A stretch of 64,000 nucleotides of DNA from Marsupella aquatica (taxonomy: Eukaryota > Plantae > Marchantiophyta): NCBI GenBank assembly GCA_973895155.1, contig OZ316893.1:3144490-3208489 (forward strand). Direction: 5' to 3'. How positions within the stretch are numbered: position 1 is the first letter of the stretch; every line of letters starts with the position of its first letter. The translations under genes were made by a program, and so were the position numbers. The notes beneath the pieces were generated by a model, which was given only the letters and a program-made list of their open reading frames with translations, did not search any database and was not told the origin of the DNA. Shown here in pieces: positions 12,517-26,200 of this stretch.

Positions 12517-13068
12517 TGCTGCTGCCCGCTCTGGCCCGAGTTTGCCAGAACATAAACCAAATGAATACTCCAACATTTTGTCGCTCGCTCTGGCCCTATC
12601 AACTTTGTGTTGTTGACTTTGGGTTTATGTTTTGACACCCATCACTTTTTGTTGCGTGCTCCAGCCCGATTGACTTTGTGTCATCAACTTCTTCGTTGTG
12701 GAGTCGTGGTTTATGTTCTGGCAACACTTCTTTACCATAAAGTCATACTTGCTTTGTAACAGAGTAAGTGTCCAAGGGAGCCTAGTACTTGGTTAAGAGT
12801 CATGATTGATAGAGTCTTGGTTGATGTTTTGCCAAATACTTCTTCTTGATGGAGTCATGGTTTATGTTTTGGCAACACTTCTTTCCAATGGAGTCATACC
12901 TATTTCATGATAGAGTTTAAGTGTTCAAGGGGAGCCTAAAAAGTGATGGGTGCCAAAACACAAACCTGAAGTCGATGGCAATCAAAGTTGATCGGGCCGG
13001 ATCTGGCGACCAAATGTTAGACTATTGGTTTATGTTCTGGCAAACTCAGGCCGGAACGGGCCGTAACA
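12517..13068. mobile_element. Foldback element with ~130-bp imperfect inverted arms (Mutator/MITE-like)
   Basis: 12517-12650 (…GAGTTTGCCAGAACATAAACCAA…CACCCATCACTTTT) is the reverse complement of 12938-13068 (AAAAGTGATGGGTG…TTGGTTTATGTTCTGGCAAACTC…). The interior has GGTTTATGTT(C/T)TGGCAACAC subrepeats. No TSD established. Confidence 0.7.
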
Positions 13069-14169
13069 TTGGGGACTGGGATGGGCAGAGTACGGCGCCC
13101 CGGGAAAGTGGGGGTACATTAACTTGACGTAGATTTAACTCATTGACATAGATTTAACTCATGGTGTGACCAAGCTCCCTTTGGTCACAGGCCTGGTTCT
13201 CAGCGTGCTCACCCCCTTTGGTTCAGGCCTGGTTATACTCAGATTCTCAGCGTGCAGATCGAGATGAGTACGGGGTAAGGTTGGAACGAGACGTTAGGCA
13301 GAGCAATCCAGCTACAGATGTCTATGAATCGGCTAATACACAGCACAAAGGGTTGCAGGGCATAGGATGGCAAGGTAAAGAGTGACCAGTGCTCTATTGA
13401 ATTGTCACTGGCGTGAGCTAGACCGTGGGTTTGGCCAAGCTGGAAAGTGGTGGGGTGCACTTTTGGAGGTGGGCTTTGATTATAAGCAATTTGGGGTGTT
13501 AAGTATCCTCTCTTTATGGAGCTTGGAGCTTTCAAGTTATTCTCCACTACGTTTGTTTATTCCTCTGCTACTCTGCATCATCCACATTCGCTGAAAGTTA
13601 GTGACTCCCAGTAACGTTGAATTTGATTTGTCTTCCAATTTGCCTTCTCACTACACTGACAATCCGTGCTGATAATTAACCTTTTCCTCGGCTTATTTCC
13701 AGAGAAAATCCTACTCAATTTGGTGATACAGTCCAGATTCTGATTCTGTAGCATGACACGCAAACGTAACGTTGACAAGATTTCGATTCGCCCGTTCTCT
13801 TTCCGTTTTTCCCATTACTTGTTCGGAGGGATGAATCGTCTGGATTTGTTTAAGGGAATGACTGGCAGGCAGGCAAGCTCTATCCCGCAATTGAGCATCT
13901 GATTCAGCTTTCATTCCATCAGGTATATCAGGCTCTGTCTTTTGATCTCTGGCCGGCTTTCTTATTATTTCTTTCTTTTCTCGATAACCTGGACGAGGAA
14001 ACAGCGTAATTTCTCTGGTCCTTCTGCAAGAGATAGAGTGGCAGGTGTAGGGGAAAGGGAAAATGATTACTCACGTTGATTAGATTCGATAATGTCCCAA
14101 TTGTGTACTTGTCCTGAGCAACTTTCTTGCAACCCATCTCATTGGATTATTTGGACTGCAGTCCCCGCT

Positions 14170-17100
14170 ATGGCGAATTGCAACTGCGGAATTTGGGTCG
14201 TTGTGATGTTCCTATTCGTCTGCTCGGGGATCGCTGAACCGCTTCGCTGTACATTCCCGGTACGAGCTGGTTCCTATTTCTGTCCTTACCTGCTTTGAGA
14301 GGTGTTGTCACTAGAGTGCCGTATTGCCGCCTTGAGCGAAAACAGAGAGGGAGGGACTCACACACCCTTTTGGAACCATAACTCCAGCTCGAAATGAAGG
14401 AGCGCAGAGCAGAGGAATTAATGGAGTGTCTACCGTAATGTAGTGCCCGTCATTAGCTTTGAGGTTCAGTTTACTTTCTCACAAAGCGCAAGGTTGAAAT
14501 CTCATTTGAGCTTAAAGATTTGGATGGAGATTTCATCCGAGCATGCAACTCTGACGGGGTGATATTATATGTTCTTGGGAGGTATATATTATTTTATTGT
14601 GAGTTGTTGTTGACAAATTAAATCTGCGGACAGATATTTGGAGATCTTAGGCATGTGACTTGCCTTTGGCATAGTTAATGTGTGCCTCCAGGCTATTGAG
14701 AAGCCTGACGCACTAAGTCTCTATAGCATAGACCCAAATGCAATCATGTAAGCTGGTCGAAACCTTAGCTTTTAGATTACCTGTCAATGTGCATTTGCTA
14801 TTTTCGAAATTGTAAAGACTAGAAAAGCAGGATTGCGTCACCATTATGTATTGTTTTGGTCACCATCAAATACAAGCTGACAAGTCAAATGAGTCCTATC
14901 AAACCTAGAATTGGGAACCATGTTGTTTTCTTCCCTTTAATTTATATTAGTCGGTCAACACTTTTGAATTGGCTTGTCATTTTCACCCTCTTGGTTTTGG
15001 TCACCATTGATTACTGCAGCTTTCTCCTTATTGCATGTCGTTACCCCTTCCTTTTTTCTCATTTGGAGGTTTCTCGACAGAGTGTGATTGATTTGCAGCC
15101 AGTCGAGGAATCAGACGAGCTAATTCTAACAACAAAATGTTGTTGATGCAGAAGGACTTTTCACACAACGCTAAGTCTACAGAGTTATGGATCCAAAGCA
15201 GAGAGAAACGACCGGTGTTGGATAAATGGGATAAAACACAATGGTCCACAATCCACAAACGTTTGGATTCTCGTGCAAATTCAACTGCCTGGGATTTGTA
15301 CGAATCCGAGGCAAACGTGGATGAGGTGTGCACACTCAATGACCAGTCAAGATTTGGTTAAGCTACTGCTTTCCAGACTTGAAAAACATTGAATTCACAC
15401 CTGTTATTCAGCTAAAAATCGGCAGAATATGTAAAAACTTCGTTCCCACCATCTGAATGGCTAGTGCAATCATCCAGGGTTTGCTGTCACGTTGGGATGT
15501 AGATCGCACAGGTGGGATTTTTTTTATTCTTTCGATCCTGTCTTAATGTATTTGTGCGTATGTACCAGGCATGTAACAAAATTTGCTATTCCGCTGTGTC
15601 TTTTTTCCTCTCTTACATTGCAGTTCATGAATTGGACTGTTAAAAATGGACACAGCCATCCATCATCACGACGATTTACAATAGCGCCTGTGGAAAGACC
15701 TTGGTGGAGGGCAGATGGCTCACAAGTTATGAGCTCTTTTGCTGCTGAGGATTTGAAACACGGAGAAACTCTGCTTGATCTGCCTGTAAAGTCCTCTTTC
15801 AACGCTGGGAAGCCTTATGATATTGGCGTTCCCACAGCCCGTCTTGGTACCCGTGGGCAGGAGCATTTATTCTTTAACTCATTCATTCAGTTGCTGTGAG
15901 GTGGGTGTTATTCCTAGACAGTTCTTTCTGACACGAAGTGCTTTCTCACCAGGTCAAGTTTTGTTTGTCTAATATCTGGGAGATGGAGGACCCAATGTCG
16001 CTGTACACTGATGGGACCCCATGGGAAGTCCAGTTGGCTACAAAGCTTCTAAGGGAAAGGTGCTTTTCTCTCATTTACAGACCCTCCCTAACCGCACGAA
16101 TAAGTTCAGTTATGTTGCAGCCACACCGGATGAGCAGAGGTAGCAGCAACTATTCAATTTGTAATAGATTGCACCCAATGTCCGATGTGTTTTAAACAAA
16201 CAGGTTGCATACCTTCACATCAGTGCAGTCCCGTTGGCTGTTGTTTTTGGTCATGGCTGAGCCAAGAGTCAGTCTCTTGAATTGTTTCTGTCAGGTCAAA
16301 AGGGTGGCAGTCAAGATGGAATTCTTACATCAAGCTACTCCCCCGATTTATTTCGTTGCCTATATTTTTCTCTGAGTTGGTATATGTCTTAACTAAAAGC
16401 GTCAGAGTATTTCGTTTCATAGTAGTCGACTATTTGCTGCTCTTAGAAGGGAGAAAAAATTCGTTTCAAATGACCAGTTTTTTTGGATGTGTCACCATTC
16501 TGTGAAGCTTCTGGTTACTTTTGAACCGATTGTCGAAGGCCTGGATGTCTAATTTTTATAGGAACTATATAACATTCAAGACAAAACCACACAAGATGAA
16601 GTGGAGCAAATGCAGAATTTTGCTAAGTCAACTTTTCAGTCCCTCCGCATTGATGAGATTGCAGGGGCGAAGTTTGGGGACTATGGTAAGTGTCTGCTTA
16701 CTTGATCCGACTCCCGCCGGTTGTGTATCATAACTTACATTTTTGATTCTTTTTACTGAGGACCATTTCTTCCTCAAAGTTGAGGGTATTTAAGCCCAAA
16801 GCCAAGCTCCCTTATGACTAACGAATGACATAATGTGTTTTAAGCAGTTTGGGCATTGTCAATCGTATATAGCTCTACATGCCAACTCAATGGGATAACA
16901 GAAAGAAAGTCTGCACCGATGGTGTCTCATTATATGGTGCCATTTTTCAGCACCACTACTGAAGAAAGGATGGAGGGTATGTGTCTTGCTCTTTCTTGCA
17001 CTCGTAAATCCAAATGTCTTTACTTCTCCTAACCAGTCCAAATGTTATTTTAATGCCGAAGATCTCGGCCGGTCACCACCACTGGCTTTGTGCTTAACTT

Positions 17101-20100
17101 TCTTTATCTGTGCTAAAATTTATGTAGAAATCATTTCAACATTTTCAAGGAATGATTTTTCCCACCCGTGGGTTATCTATATCTCGTGTTGCAGATTCTA
17201 AGAAACACCTATCTAGTAGTTGGTGCTTTAGAAAGCAGCAAAAATGTCGAAAGTTTATAATTATTGTTTTCTGTGTTCATTATTTTGTTTCTACTTTAGC
17301 AAACATTTCCGAGTTTGTCATACACCCAATGATCGCATCAGAAAGACAATTGTGACCGTGTTCTTTCAACAGGAGCAACTGTTATCTATCAATTAGTCAC
17401 CGCACATGAACTTACGTTACAATTCTGCTTTTTTGTGATTCTTGTGCAGTGCATGCAGAGTATGTGGATGGTCGTCTAAGACTAATCGCATCTGATGTTA
17501 AACAAGGAATACCTCTTACTGCTGGATATGCTTCAACAAGCTTCAGGGACACTTTCCTTTTTGGCGGTGAGGGTTGTTTGTTTCTTCATTACAATATCGT
17601 AGTATGGCAATATCTCGTATTCCGTAGGGTTTGTTGTTGGGACAAAAAATCTTTCGCCGTGTTCAAGAGAAGTCTGTGAAGTTGGTCTTGGCCTTGTTGT
17701 GCGTTGCAGGATATGTTTCAAGGACTGGCCAGCAGGATACAATCGCAGTATTCGATGGTTTACAGGTATATGTTACCCTTGTTACTTGTCATCTGTTTTG
17801 TGCAATGGCAGGCAAAGTTAGGTCAACGGTGAACGTTTCTCGATTCTCATTGCATGCCGTAGACATACATTTTTGGTATTGAATGATCAAGTTACAGATC
17901 TGTTGTGGTCCCTTTCGGACTTCGTGCAGGATTTGGTGGCTTGGTACTCCTCTGAACACGGTGGTGTGAATGAAAACAGATATCTGACGTTAAAACTAGC
18001 TGAGGATGCAATGAATACAATTGTTGCTTCCCTCCAAGAGTTGGACACCACTTCAAATCACACCTTGAGAAACCCTACTGGAGATTTCTCTGTTGGAGCT
18101 GGCGGCTATGTTGACATGGTTATGATCTCCATCTTCGCAACTTTGTTTTATGCCGAACAAGCAATAAGTGGGAAGAGTGAGATTGGAACCTTCACCACAA
18201 TTGAATTGGTCGTAAGAAACGGTACATCAGCATGGGAGCGGGTGATGAAAGACATTGCACTTGCGTCTATCTCCCGATGCAACTCAAATGCATTATTAGA
18301 TTGCAATTTACCACAAACATCATATTTGGAGCCAGGGTTTTACTCAGCAAAGTTGCTGATCCAGGAGCGCTTGGCCACTATCCTGGATTCATTTTCAACT
18401 AACGTAGAAGAGGACATGGCCTTACTAGCTGCGGCAGAATGGGAAGGCATGAATGAACTTGAAGGAGATCAGCTAGGCTGCCCCTCATGCCGCTGGCAGA
18501 CAGAGCAGCTAAGTTATCATGACAACCTAGCAGTTCAGTTTCGGGCATGTCTGAAAAACTTCATTGCACAGATCATCTTTGAACTTAATTGTGGAGCAAG
18601 CTCCAAGAATAACTTGGCCAAGATCAAGGGTGTAAAAAGTACAGTTGAGGGGAGTGCCGAATCTTTACAAGAGGTATTTTCGCCTATGATTTGAAATTGC
18701 ATCGGATTGAAGTTCATATCTGCTTAGGTACCATTTCTTGCTCGTAGGCCCAGTTTCAACCATTGTCAAGTTTTTAGATATTGAAGCATGACGAAAAACA
18801 TAGATTCACGCATTCAGCTAATGCATGTTAGCCTGTAGAGATTGAGGAACCGTAATAGTGTAACATTGGCTCTGTGGCAGCCCTTATCTGGCCCCAAATT
18901 TCTGATGCCCGCTATAGTTTCTGAACTGGTGTGAAGGGCATAATTTAATTATATCGGGAAAGTTGGCGATTGCTGATATAACAACTCCCACCAGAGATCA
19001 ATATCGTGGAGTTGTGGCCCTAGAGGACATACCAGCTGGCCAAACTTTGTGTACATTACCTGTAAGAAGCAAAGTCTAGTGTTCCATTTTCTGTCATTTC
19101 CACTATGGCATCTTTGCCCGGTTTAATGTTTTGCATCTCTGCCTGCTTCTTCACCTTGGGAGTGATATTAACTCCCAATCAAGAGCAAGCTCTTGCCAAC
19201 TTAAAAGTTGCATGTTGATAAGTGACCACAGTCGCTTTGATGAATCGTTGGGTAGATGAGTGTCGGTTTATACAACAATGACTCAGGCAGTACTAGTGAA
19301 GTGGATACCTGGGATCTAGCAGCTGCTCGACTCCTTCGTGAGAAGTAAGTTTCCTAAGTCATGATCTACTGACACCAAAATTGACATGCAAAGGCTTTGA
19401 GAAGCCATTTCTGCAGTCTGAATTGCACGAATATTTATGAGTTTTCCTTCGGGACCGGACTATAGCGTAATGGATACACTACGATATCAAGATCAGTAGT
19501 ATGATTTGGTCTTTGAGTCGTCCAGGCCACTTTCTCAGGTTGAGTCCCTTGTTTCTTTTCTTGCTTTATTGCTTTCCTCTCCAATTCGTTAATTATTTTG
19601 CTTGATCCCTGTACCTGATGGATGGGCTGAATGGGCAGATCAAAAGGCAAAGACTCCAACTATGCTCCGTACATAGCAATTCTTCCAGACTATCTGCCAA
19701 CGCCAATTTACCTAGACACACAGGTGGGGTACTGGAAGCAACGTCAAAACCAATTCAGTGAAGAGACGTCGTGAAGGTGTCTATTTATTTTCTTGCTGCA
19801 TCTGACATGCTGGTGGTTATGGGGTATGGTACAGGAAATAATGGACGTGCAGTGGATGCCCATGGTGCGGGAGCTTGTGCTGGTCCGAAAAGCGATCAAG
19901 GAGAGCTTTGGGCGGCTAGGCCAACGAGAGCTGGCATGGGCAAACATCCAAGAGTACGGTAAATTCCCGATCTCAAGTCATTTGTGCCTCAGCTTACCAA
20001 TTGTTGTAAGAAGACAGCAAGATCTTGTAGGGTTGATTGAGTAACGAATCTGCTCCTGCTGAGTCTGAAGATCAGCATTTCGAAGAGGAGTTCACTTGAG

Positions 20101-22913
20101 CCTTCATTGTGACGGTGGTGTTCGACCCCTCTGTATTGAGCATATGGCACGCTCAAAATAATTTACTCGATAAAGCGCTGCACTTCTCTTGAATGTGAAA
20201 TTGGTTGACTTTCCTTCTAGTGCCCCATATCAAGTTTTCTTTAAGAGTCAGTACGAGCTAAAGTTCTTACCGAGTTACGTATCGACACCCAAATCTGAGG
20301 CTGAAGCCCGGATGGAGCAAGCTTGTGAACCATACAATCCCTACTTCCGAAAGTTTGTTGTCAGCAAACTTTGACCTTCGATTTCTCCCGTGATATGCAG
20401 CGGAATGGGTTGTTCTTGGGTTTGTTTTAAGTCTTGGAAAGATCCCAAAGAGTCTATTATCGCCGACTTGCATTTAGAATTGAGAGAGCTTTGAATTTCC
20501 TAAAGATTAGCCCGTCACTCACTGTACGCTCTTAAAACTTCCGAAAGTTTTTTGATCAGCAAACTTCGACCTCCCTTAATATGCAGCACGGTTGGTTATT
20601 CTTGGGTTCCTTAAAAGCAGCTTGGAAAGATCTTTCCAACGAGTATATTATCGCAAACGTTCATTTCTTTTTTGAGCGAGCTAAGAATTCCCATCTGGAC
20701 TTTGAACTTCCAGAAAACTTGACATGTGTAGAAAGTTGCTATGCTGATCTATAATATTTGTGGTCCCTTGACTCCGTTCATACTGCAGAATGGGCAGTAA
20801 CGATGGTTCACAGCCGGGCATTTACTCTTCCAGTGCGAGATGATGACCAGTATGAACAGTACGTGCTCATGCCATTCATGGATATGATCAATCATCATTA
20901 TCATTATCAGGTAAAGAAATTCTGTTTCCCCATTTTCTCGGATTAATCCAATTACATTTTTATATCTGCATCGCGTTCTTTTCATAAAAGTGATGGACTT
21001 GGTGAAACTCAAATCTGTGTGGCAGCAGGCAGACTGGATGTCACAGGATGTTTGGGATAGCAAGCTTGAGATTATTTCGAGGAGAACTGTGCGAAAGGGA
21101 GAGGAGCTATTTGCATCATTTGGGCCGCGCTCCAATGACAACCTGTTTCTTTACTATGGTTAGCATCATATTTCAATAGTTATCCAGTACTTGATTCTCA
21201 TGTATAGAATACAGCTGATCTAATAATGGGTAGATATGTTTTGTGCAAAGAATGCTATAGCTGAACTATTTTACCCATTCGTTTGGAGCTCGAAAAGATG
21301 ATACACAGTTGCACTAAGACGATGGCCTCTAAGAACGTTCCTCAACAAGGAAGGGAACTCTTTACTAATTTTACTCGTATAGAATAGATTTTGGAAACGG
21401 AAACCAATATATTCTTTTATTTTTGAATATTTTTACACTTAGATGAGATTTCCTAAGATGAAGTCCTTTCCTTTTAAAATCTATTCCAAGACTTCCACAG
21501 ATTAACATATAGAATCCAGAATAGTAACTTTGAGCTGTAAAGCCATGGATCATGTAAGTAGTCCCTCTAATGTACTATTTTGTGAGATTTGAACTTCTTC
21601 TGTTTTTTGTGAACACAACTCGGTAGAATTGAGGACCTGCAGTGGTTCGTTGCAAAGTAGTGTTTACGTCAATCACTTTTTATTTTGGTCCATGATGACT
21701 ATGGACGGGTATTGTGGAGTCTAACATGATTCATTCCTAAATTGACCTATGGATCCAAATTTATGTTGCTTACTCCCCAACAGGGTTTTTGCTACAGGAC
21801 AATCCATTTGACTCGGTTCGAATCTTTGGATCATTTGAGGTACACCTCATGAGCTTCTATACTTCACAGATGAATTTGTCTTTTGCATAGACTTGAAGAT
21901 ATCAGCAGCTAGAATCTGGTCGCTGTGTATGAATCTCTTCTTTAAAACAATTGTAAGAGTTAGATCAGCTACTTATCTGTCAGATTCAACTTACTTTTCG
22001 GTATTTATTTGTTACTTTGTAGTAGTTTTGTGTGCGTGCTGAATATTGTTGATTGGTTACTCAAAAAGACACCCGGTCAAATGATTTTTTCCATCTTCAG
22101 AAGTAGCTTGTTTTTGGAGTTTTTATGTCACATGCTAAGACTTCGCATGTTTTGCAGGAATCTCTCAAATGGTTCTTAAATCTGTGGACCCACAACTGTA
22201 TAGGATCTTCTGCATATCCAGTAGAGGAAGCATTGTGCCGACAAAGAAATTGGCAATTGCATTGGTACCAAATGAAGACTGGAATGGAAGAGATTCAAGG
22301 TGGGAGGTTTGTGTCAGGTAGTGATTGGGCTGAGCTCTTGGGATACTGGGCAGATTTGGGGTACCAGTTTCTACCATACCAGCCAGGCCCCACAATATAT
22401 CCAAAAGGGGTTATAGACCCCAGCCTTTTAGCTGCTTTTTCTACTTTCTATGAAGTTATAGACAATGTGACCAAAGAGAATGAAGGTTTCTCTCCTTCGC
22501 CAGATCCTTGTTCAGGTTGTGGCAACAGTACAGCCTTAGGGTCCTCAGAGTTGAGAACATTTTTTGCCTGCCTGGATGATCAAGGCAATAGTCCCCGAGG
22601 CCTTCTGGATGGGCATGTCTGTCGTTCTTCTCTGGTTGAAGTGCTGCGTGTAGAGAAAACGCTCAAGCGAGGCATACTTTTGGCTCGAATTTCAGTTGCA
22701 CTGAGGTGCTCGGAAATCTTGGCTTCATTCTCTACGACACTAGATCATGACAGGAAACTTTTAAGACCATGTCCAGAAGATTATAGTATAGAAAATTCGT
22801 TGGCTTGCCAGGAGCGTCCACTTCCAACTCAACATTTGAAGTTGACTTGGCAATATAGATACATGAAAAAATTGCTTCTGCAGTCTCCGATAGATAATGT
22901 TCTCAAATTATGA
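14170..22913 (+). CDS. Tandem double SET-domain (SETD3/SETD6/Rubisco-LSMT class) protein with a probable N-terminal signal peptide
   Basis: Phase-compatible GT-AG exon chain: 14170-14259, 14692-14747, 15103-15325, 15624-15785, 15953-16059, 16295-16379, 16562-16685, 16848-16976, 17450-17566, 17710-17765, 17930-18673, 18918-19061, 19256-19344, 19639-19723, 19835-19958, 20789-20910, 21029-21158, 21784-21839, 22158-22913. Motifs RGVVALEDIPAGQ, RLLREK-SKGKDSNYAPYIAILP, WAVTMVHSRAF, LMPFMDMINH, GEELFASFGPRSNDNLFLYYGF, FSTTLDHDRKLL. The first three exons are less certain. Confidence 0.88.
20295..20720 (+). repeat. Old dispersed repeat with an internal ~200-bp duplication (intronic copy)
   Basis: CTTCCGAAAGTTT...CAGCAAACTT...TTCTTGGGTT...CTTGGAAAGATC occurs twice. 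A related copy lies on the minus strand at ~49460-49910. Confidence 0.65.
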
Positions 22914-23112
22914 TCATGCATATACGTTTGCAACAAGAGTCAGAATTTGCTCTGGTGTTGCACTTTGACATGAATTGTCTCAGAAATTGAAAAGTTTAGA
23001 GTAAGACTAATAGAGGTTCCAGGGGCATTGTCCTTTCATTATGACAGTAAGCTCTGTTTCTAGAAATTTCTCTTGTTGTTAGATTATCAGAGCACAGTGA
23101 AATAAATCAGTG

Positions 23113-23248
23113 TACAGTTTTGTGGTAGTTATGTGTTATATGGTTAATCTTTGTGATCCTCACACGGATCGAATGATCATCATGTACAATTTAGAATAAC
23201 CTTTATTCTAGGAACAATCTTAGTCCATAGATCTCGTCTGGTGATGTT
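23113..23248. repeat. Host segment duplicated on both sides of the copia block (copies at ~30184-30325 and partially ~30381-30455)
   Basis: TAGTTATGTGTTA(T/G)ATGGTTAATCTTTGTGATCCTCACAC...GTCCATAGATCTC..CTGGTGATGTTT is shared among the copies. Confidence 0.85.
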
Positions 23249-26200
23249 TGTTAGAAATTGCTTTCTATTAGCACAATTGCTGATTAGCTATACTTAGTAT
23301 CAATCTGTGTACTCTCACTAGCACAGGAGTAAGATCTACCATAGATCTTACTTTATGACTCTTCAGGTTGAAGTGTCACAACTATTCTGGTGACACACAT
23401 GAAGTGTCACAACCCTTGTAGGGACACACCTGTTGGCGTTGTCCATTTTGTAAATTAGCTATTTAGTCTTGAGGATCTTGTATTCCCAAAATCACTGGAC
23501 ATACAAATCAGTTGAGTAGCTTCCTCAATTTCCATGCATTCATTTAATTCTCTCACATGGTATTAGAGCCTTGGTTCTGAGATCTCTCTTTTCTGAAATT
23601 TAGGGGATAATTGGGAGTTGAAGGACGCTTCAACCTTCTACAGTGTGTAAGGATGTCACTCACTTATTTCTCCAGTTTCAATAGAGTTCTAAGGATTTGA
23701 GTAATCTCGAATCTTTTAAGAAATTTTATCGCAGTTAAGTTTGTGAGAATTTTCTTGATCCTTCGTACAAGTTTTTATTCTTATTTTTTTAAAGAAAATT
23801 TAAGGAGAAATTTGTGAAACCCCACAGAAAGGAACAGTCAATCACAACACTTGATCACAAACTTATCAGTCTCCTTAAGCTACCACTCAGCCATGCCTCT
23901 TTGGGCATCTTGGTATAAGTTTTTATCCTTTAAAATTATGAAACTAAGCTAATACTCTCCTTAAAGTAGAAGACAATGTACCCAAATTTTCTGGTTCTTC
24001 TTACTACATATGATGTTACTTTAGGAATGATGGGTTTCTTAAAAGCTCATATGTTATGGGCATTGGTTGATGGTAGCTTGGTGAAGCCTACTTCGCCACA
24101 GGCTAATGTTGATGCATGGATCAACAAGGACTTAATTGCCCAATCGTTCATCCAAAGCCGTCTGGATGATAGCCAATTTGGTCATCTCTCTAGTACGACT
24201 TATGCTGCTAAGATGTGGTCTAGGTTGCAAAACCTATATCAAAATCAGGATAAAATTGTGCAATTGTATTTGGTAGAGCAGTTCCATACCCTGAAGCTAG
24301 TGAAGGAAGGGGAAAGTGTTTTGAAGCACATTCACCTTTTCCGCACCCTGATTGATCAGCTCAGTGGAACTGGCAAGACTACAGACAACACAACTGCAAT
24401 TCAAGCTTTGATCCACACCATGCCAAACAGCTATGACAACATATAGACTGTACTATGTGTACAACCAGGATTGGATCTATCATCCATTATTGTTGCTCTT
24501 GTTCAATATGAGATGAGCAAGAAGAGCAAATTGGAATCTTCCATTTCTTTATTTGTAGGGAAGACTCATTACAACTCAGAAAGGAGTAAATCTTTCAGCT
24601 CAAAGAAGGGTGAATATTCTGGTAAGGGTAATCCCCATGCTAGACCCACACCCCCGCCCACACCCACTGGTGAATCTCCTCCTATTGATCAGGCATCTTC
24701 ATCTACTGGTTACTAACACAATCCTTACAAAAGGATGAGATGCCACTACTACAATCTAAGAGGCATCATATAAAAGATTGTCTAAAAGGGATTGCAGAAG
24801 AAACTTCCGGTTCAAGCTCTAGAGCACGTACCGCAAACAAATGCTGCTGCCTACTTACATGTGTCTATGCCTACTCTGTTACCCCAAATTCATCTAAAGA
24901 TGATTCTTGGTATTTAGATACAGGAGCTACACATTACACGGCGCATGATGTTGACTATTTTTCCTCTTACACTCTGTATGACAAACGACAACCCGTGTAA
25001 TACCTGATGTCCTACACAACCCTGGCCTCTCTAAAAATCTCTTTTCAGTCAAGAAACTAGATCTAAGCGGTGCCTCATTGCACATTGCAAATCAAGTTTG
25101 TACCTTACACAATGTCAAAGGGGATGAGATTGTCACTTGCAAGTTGGCACAAGATCTATACAACCTTGGAGATGTTGTCAAGTCTCCTTCCCTCATTGCC
25201 GCACCAGCAACCCCACCAGCAACACATGCCAATTTTGTCTCACCTTGGGCATAGCCGTCTTGGTTACATTGGTAGTGATGGTATACAACAACTGAAAAAG
25301 TGCAATATGGTTCAGGGACTTACTCACTTTGATCCCTCCAGCTTGTCCACTTGCACAGCTTGTGTTCATGGAAAACAAGCATGCTTGTACCTTTTTCTAC
25401 ACAACCTGCTAGTAGGGGCTACTGAATTACTTGGCCTAGTACAATCTGACATTTGTGGCCCAATATCCCCACCAACGCATTCTGGTTTTAGATCATTCAT
25501 ATCCTTCATAGACAATTTTTCCCATGTCAACTACAGTTTACTTGATCAAGCTAAAGTCAGAGGCTCTCAATTGTTCCATTGAGTTTAGCACTTTTGCTAC
25601 CAATCAGCACAAACCATTGACATACTGTTAAAGTCTTTGATTTGATAACGGTACTGAATATATATCTGCCAACTTTGATGCTTGTTGTGTTGGAAAAGGC
25701 ATTAGACAACAATTCACTGCCCCCTATACTCAAAAACAAAATGGGGTAGCTAAGTGCAAAATCCGTACATTAATCAATGTTGTGCTTTCTATGCTTTTTT
25801 AAGCACCTCTTCCAAAGCCTTATTGGGAATTGAAGAGGCACTTCATACTGAAACTTATGTGCATAATTGCAGTCCAACTAAGGCCATTTTAGTTCATAAG
25901 CTAGACTCCTTATGAAATGTGGTTTTCTCATAAACAAAATCTGAGTCACGCATATATATTTGGCAGTCCAGCCTATGCCCATATTGATATTTCTTTACAC
26001 AAAAAGCTAGATTTCCACACCACTGCATGTATTTTCTTAGGATATAGTGATCAAACAAAAGCACATTGCCTTGAAAGAAAAAGTAATCAAAAGATCATTT
26101 TCTCCCTGAGAGACGTTGTTGTACTTGAACACCAAGTGGGCAATGCCACTACATCAATGGCATAAATTCTGAAGAAGAGCTTTGTTTGCAAGCTGATCCC

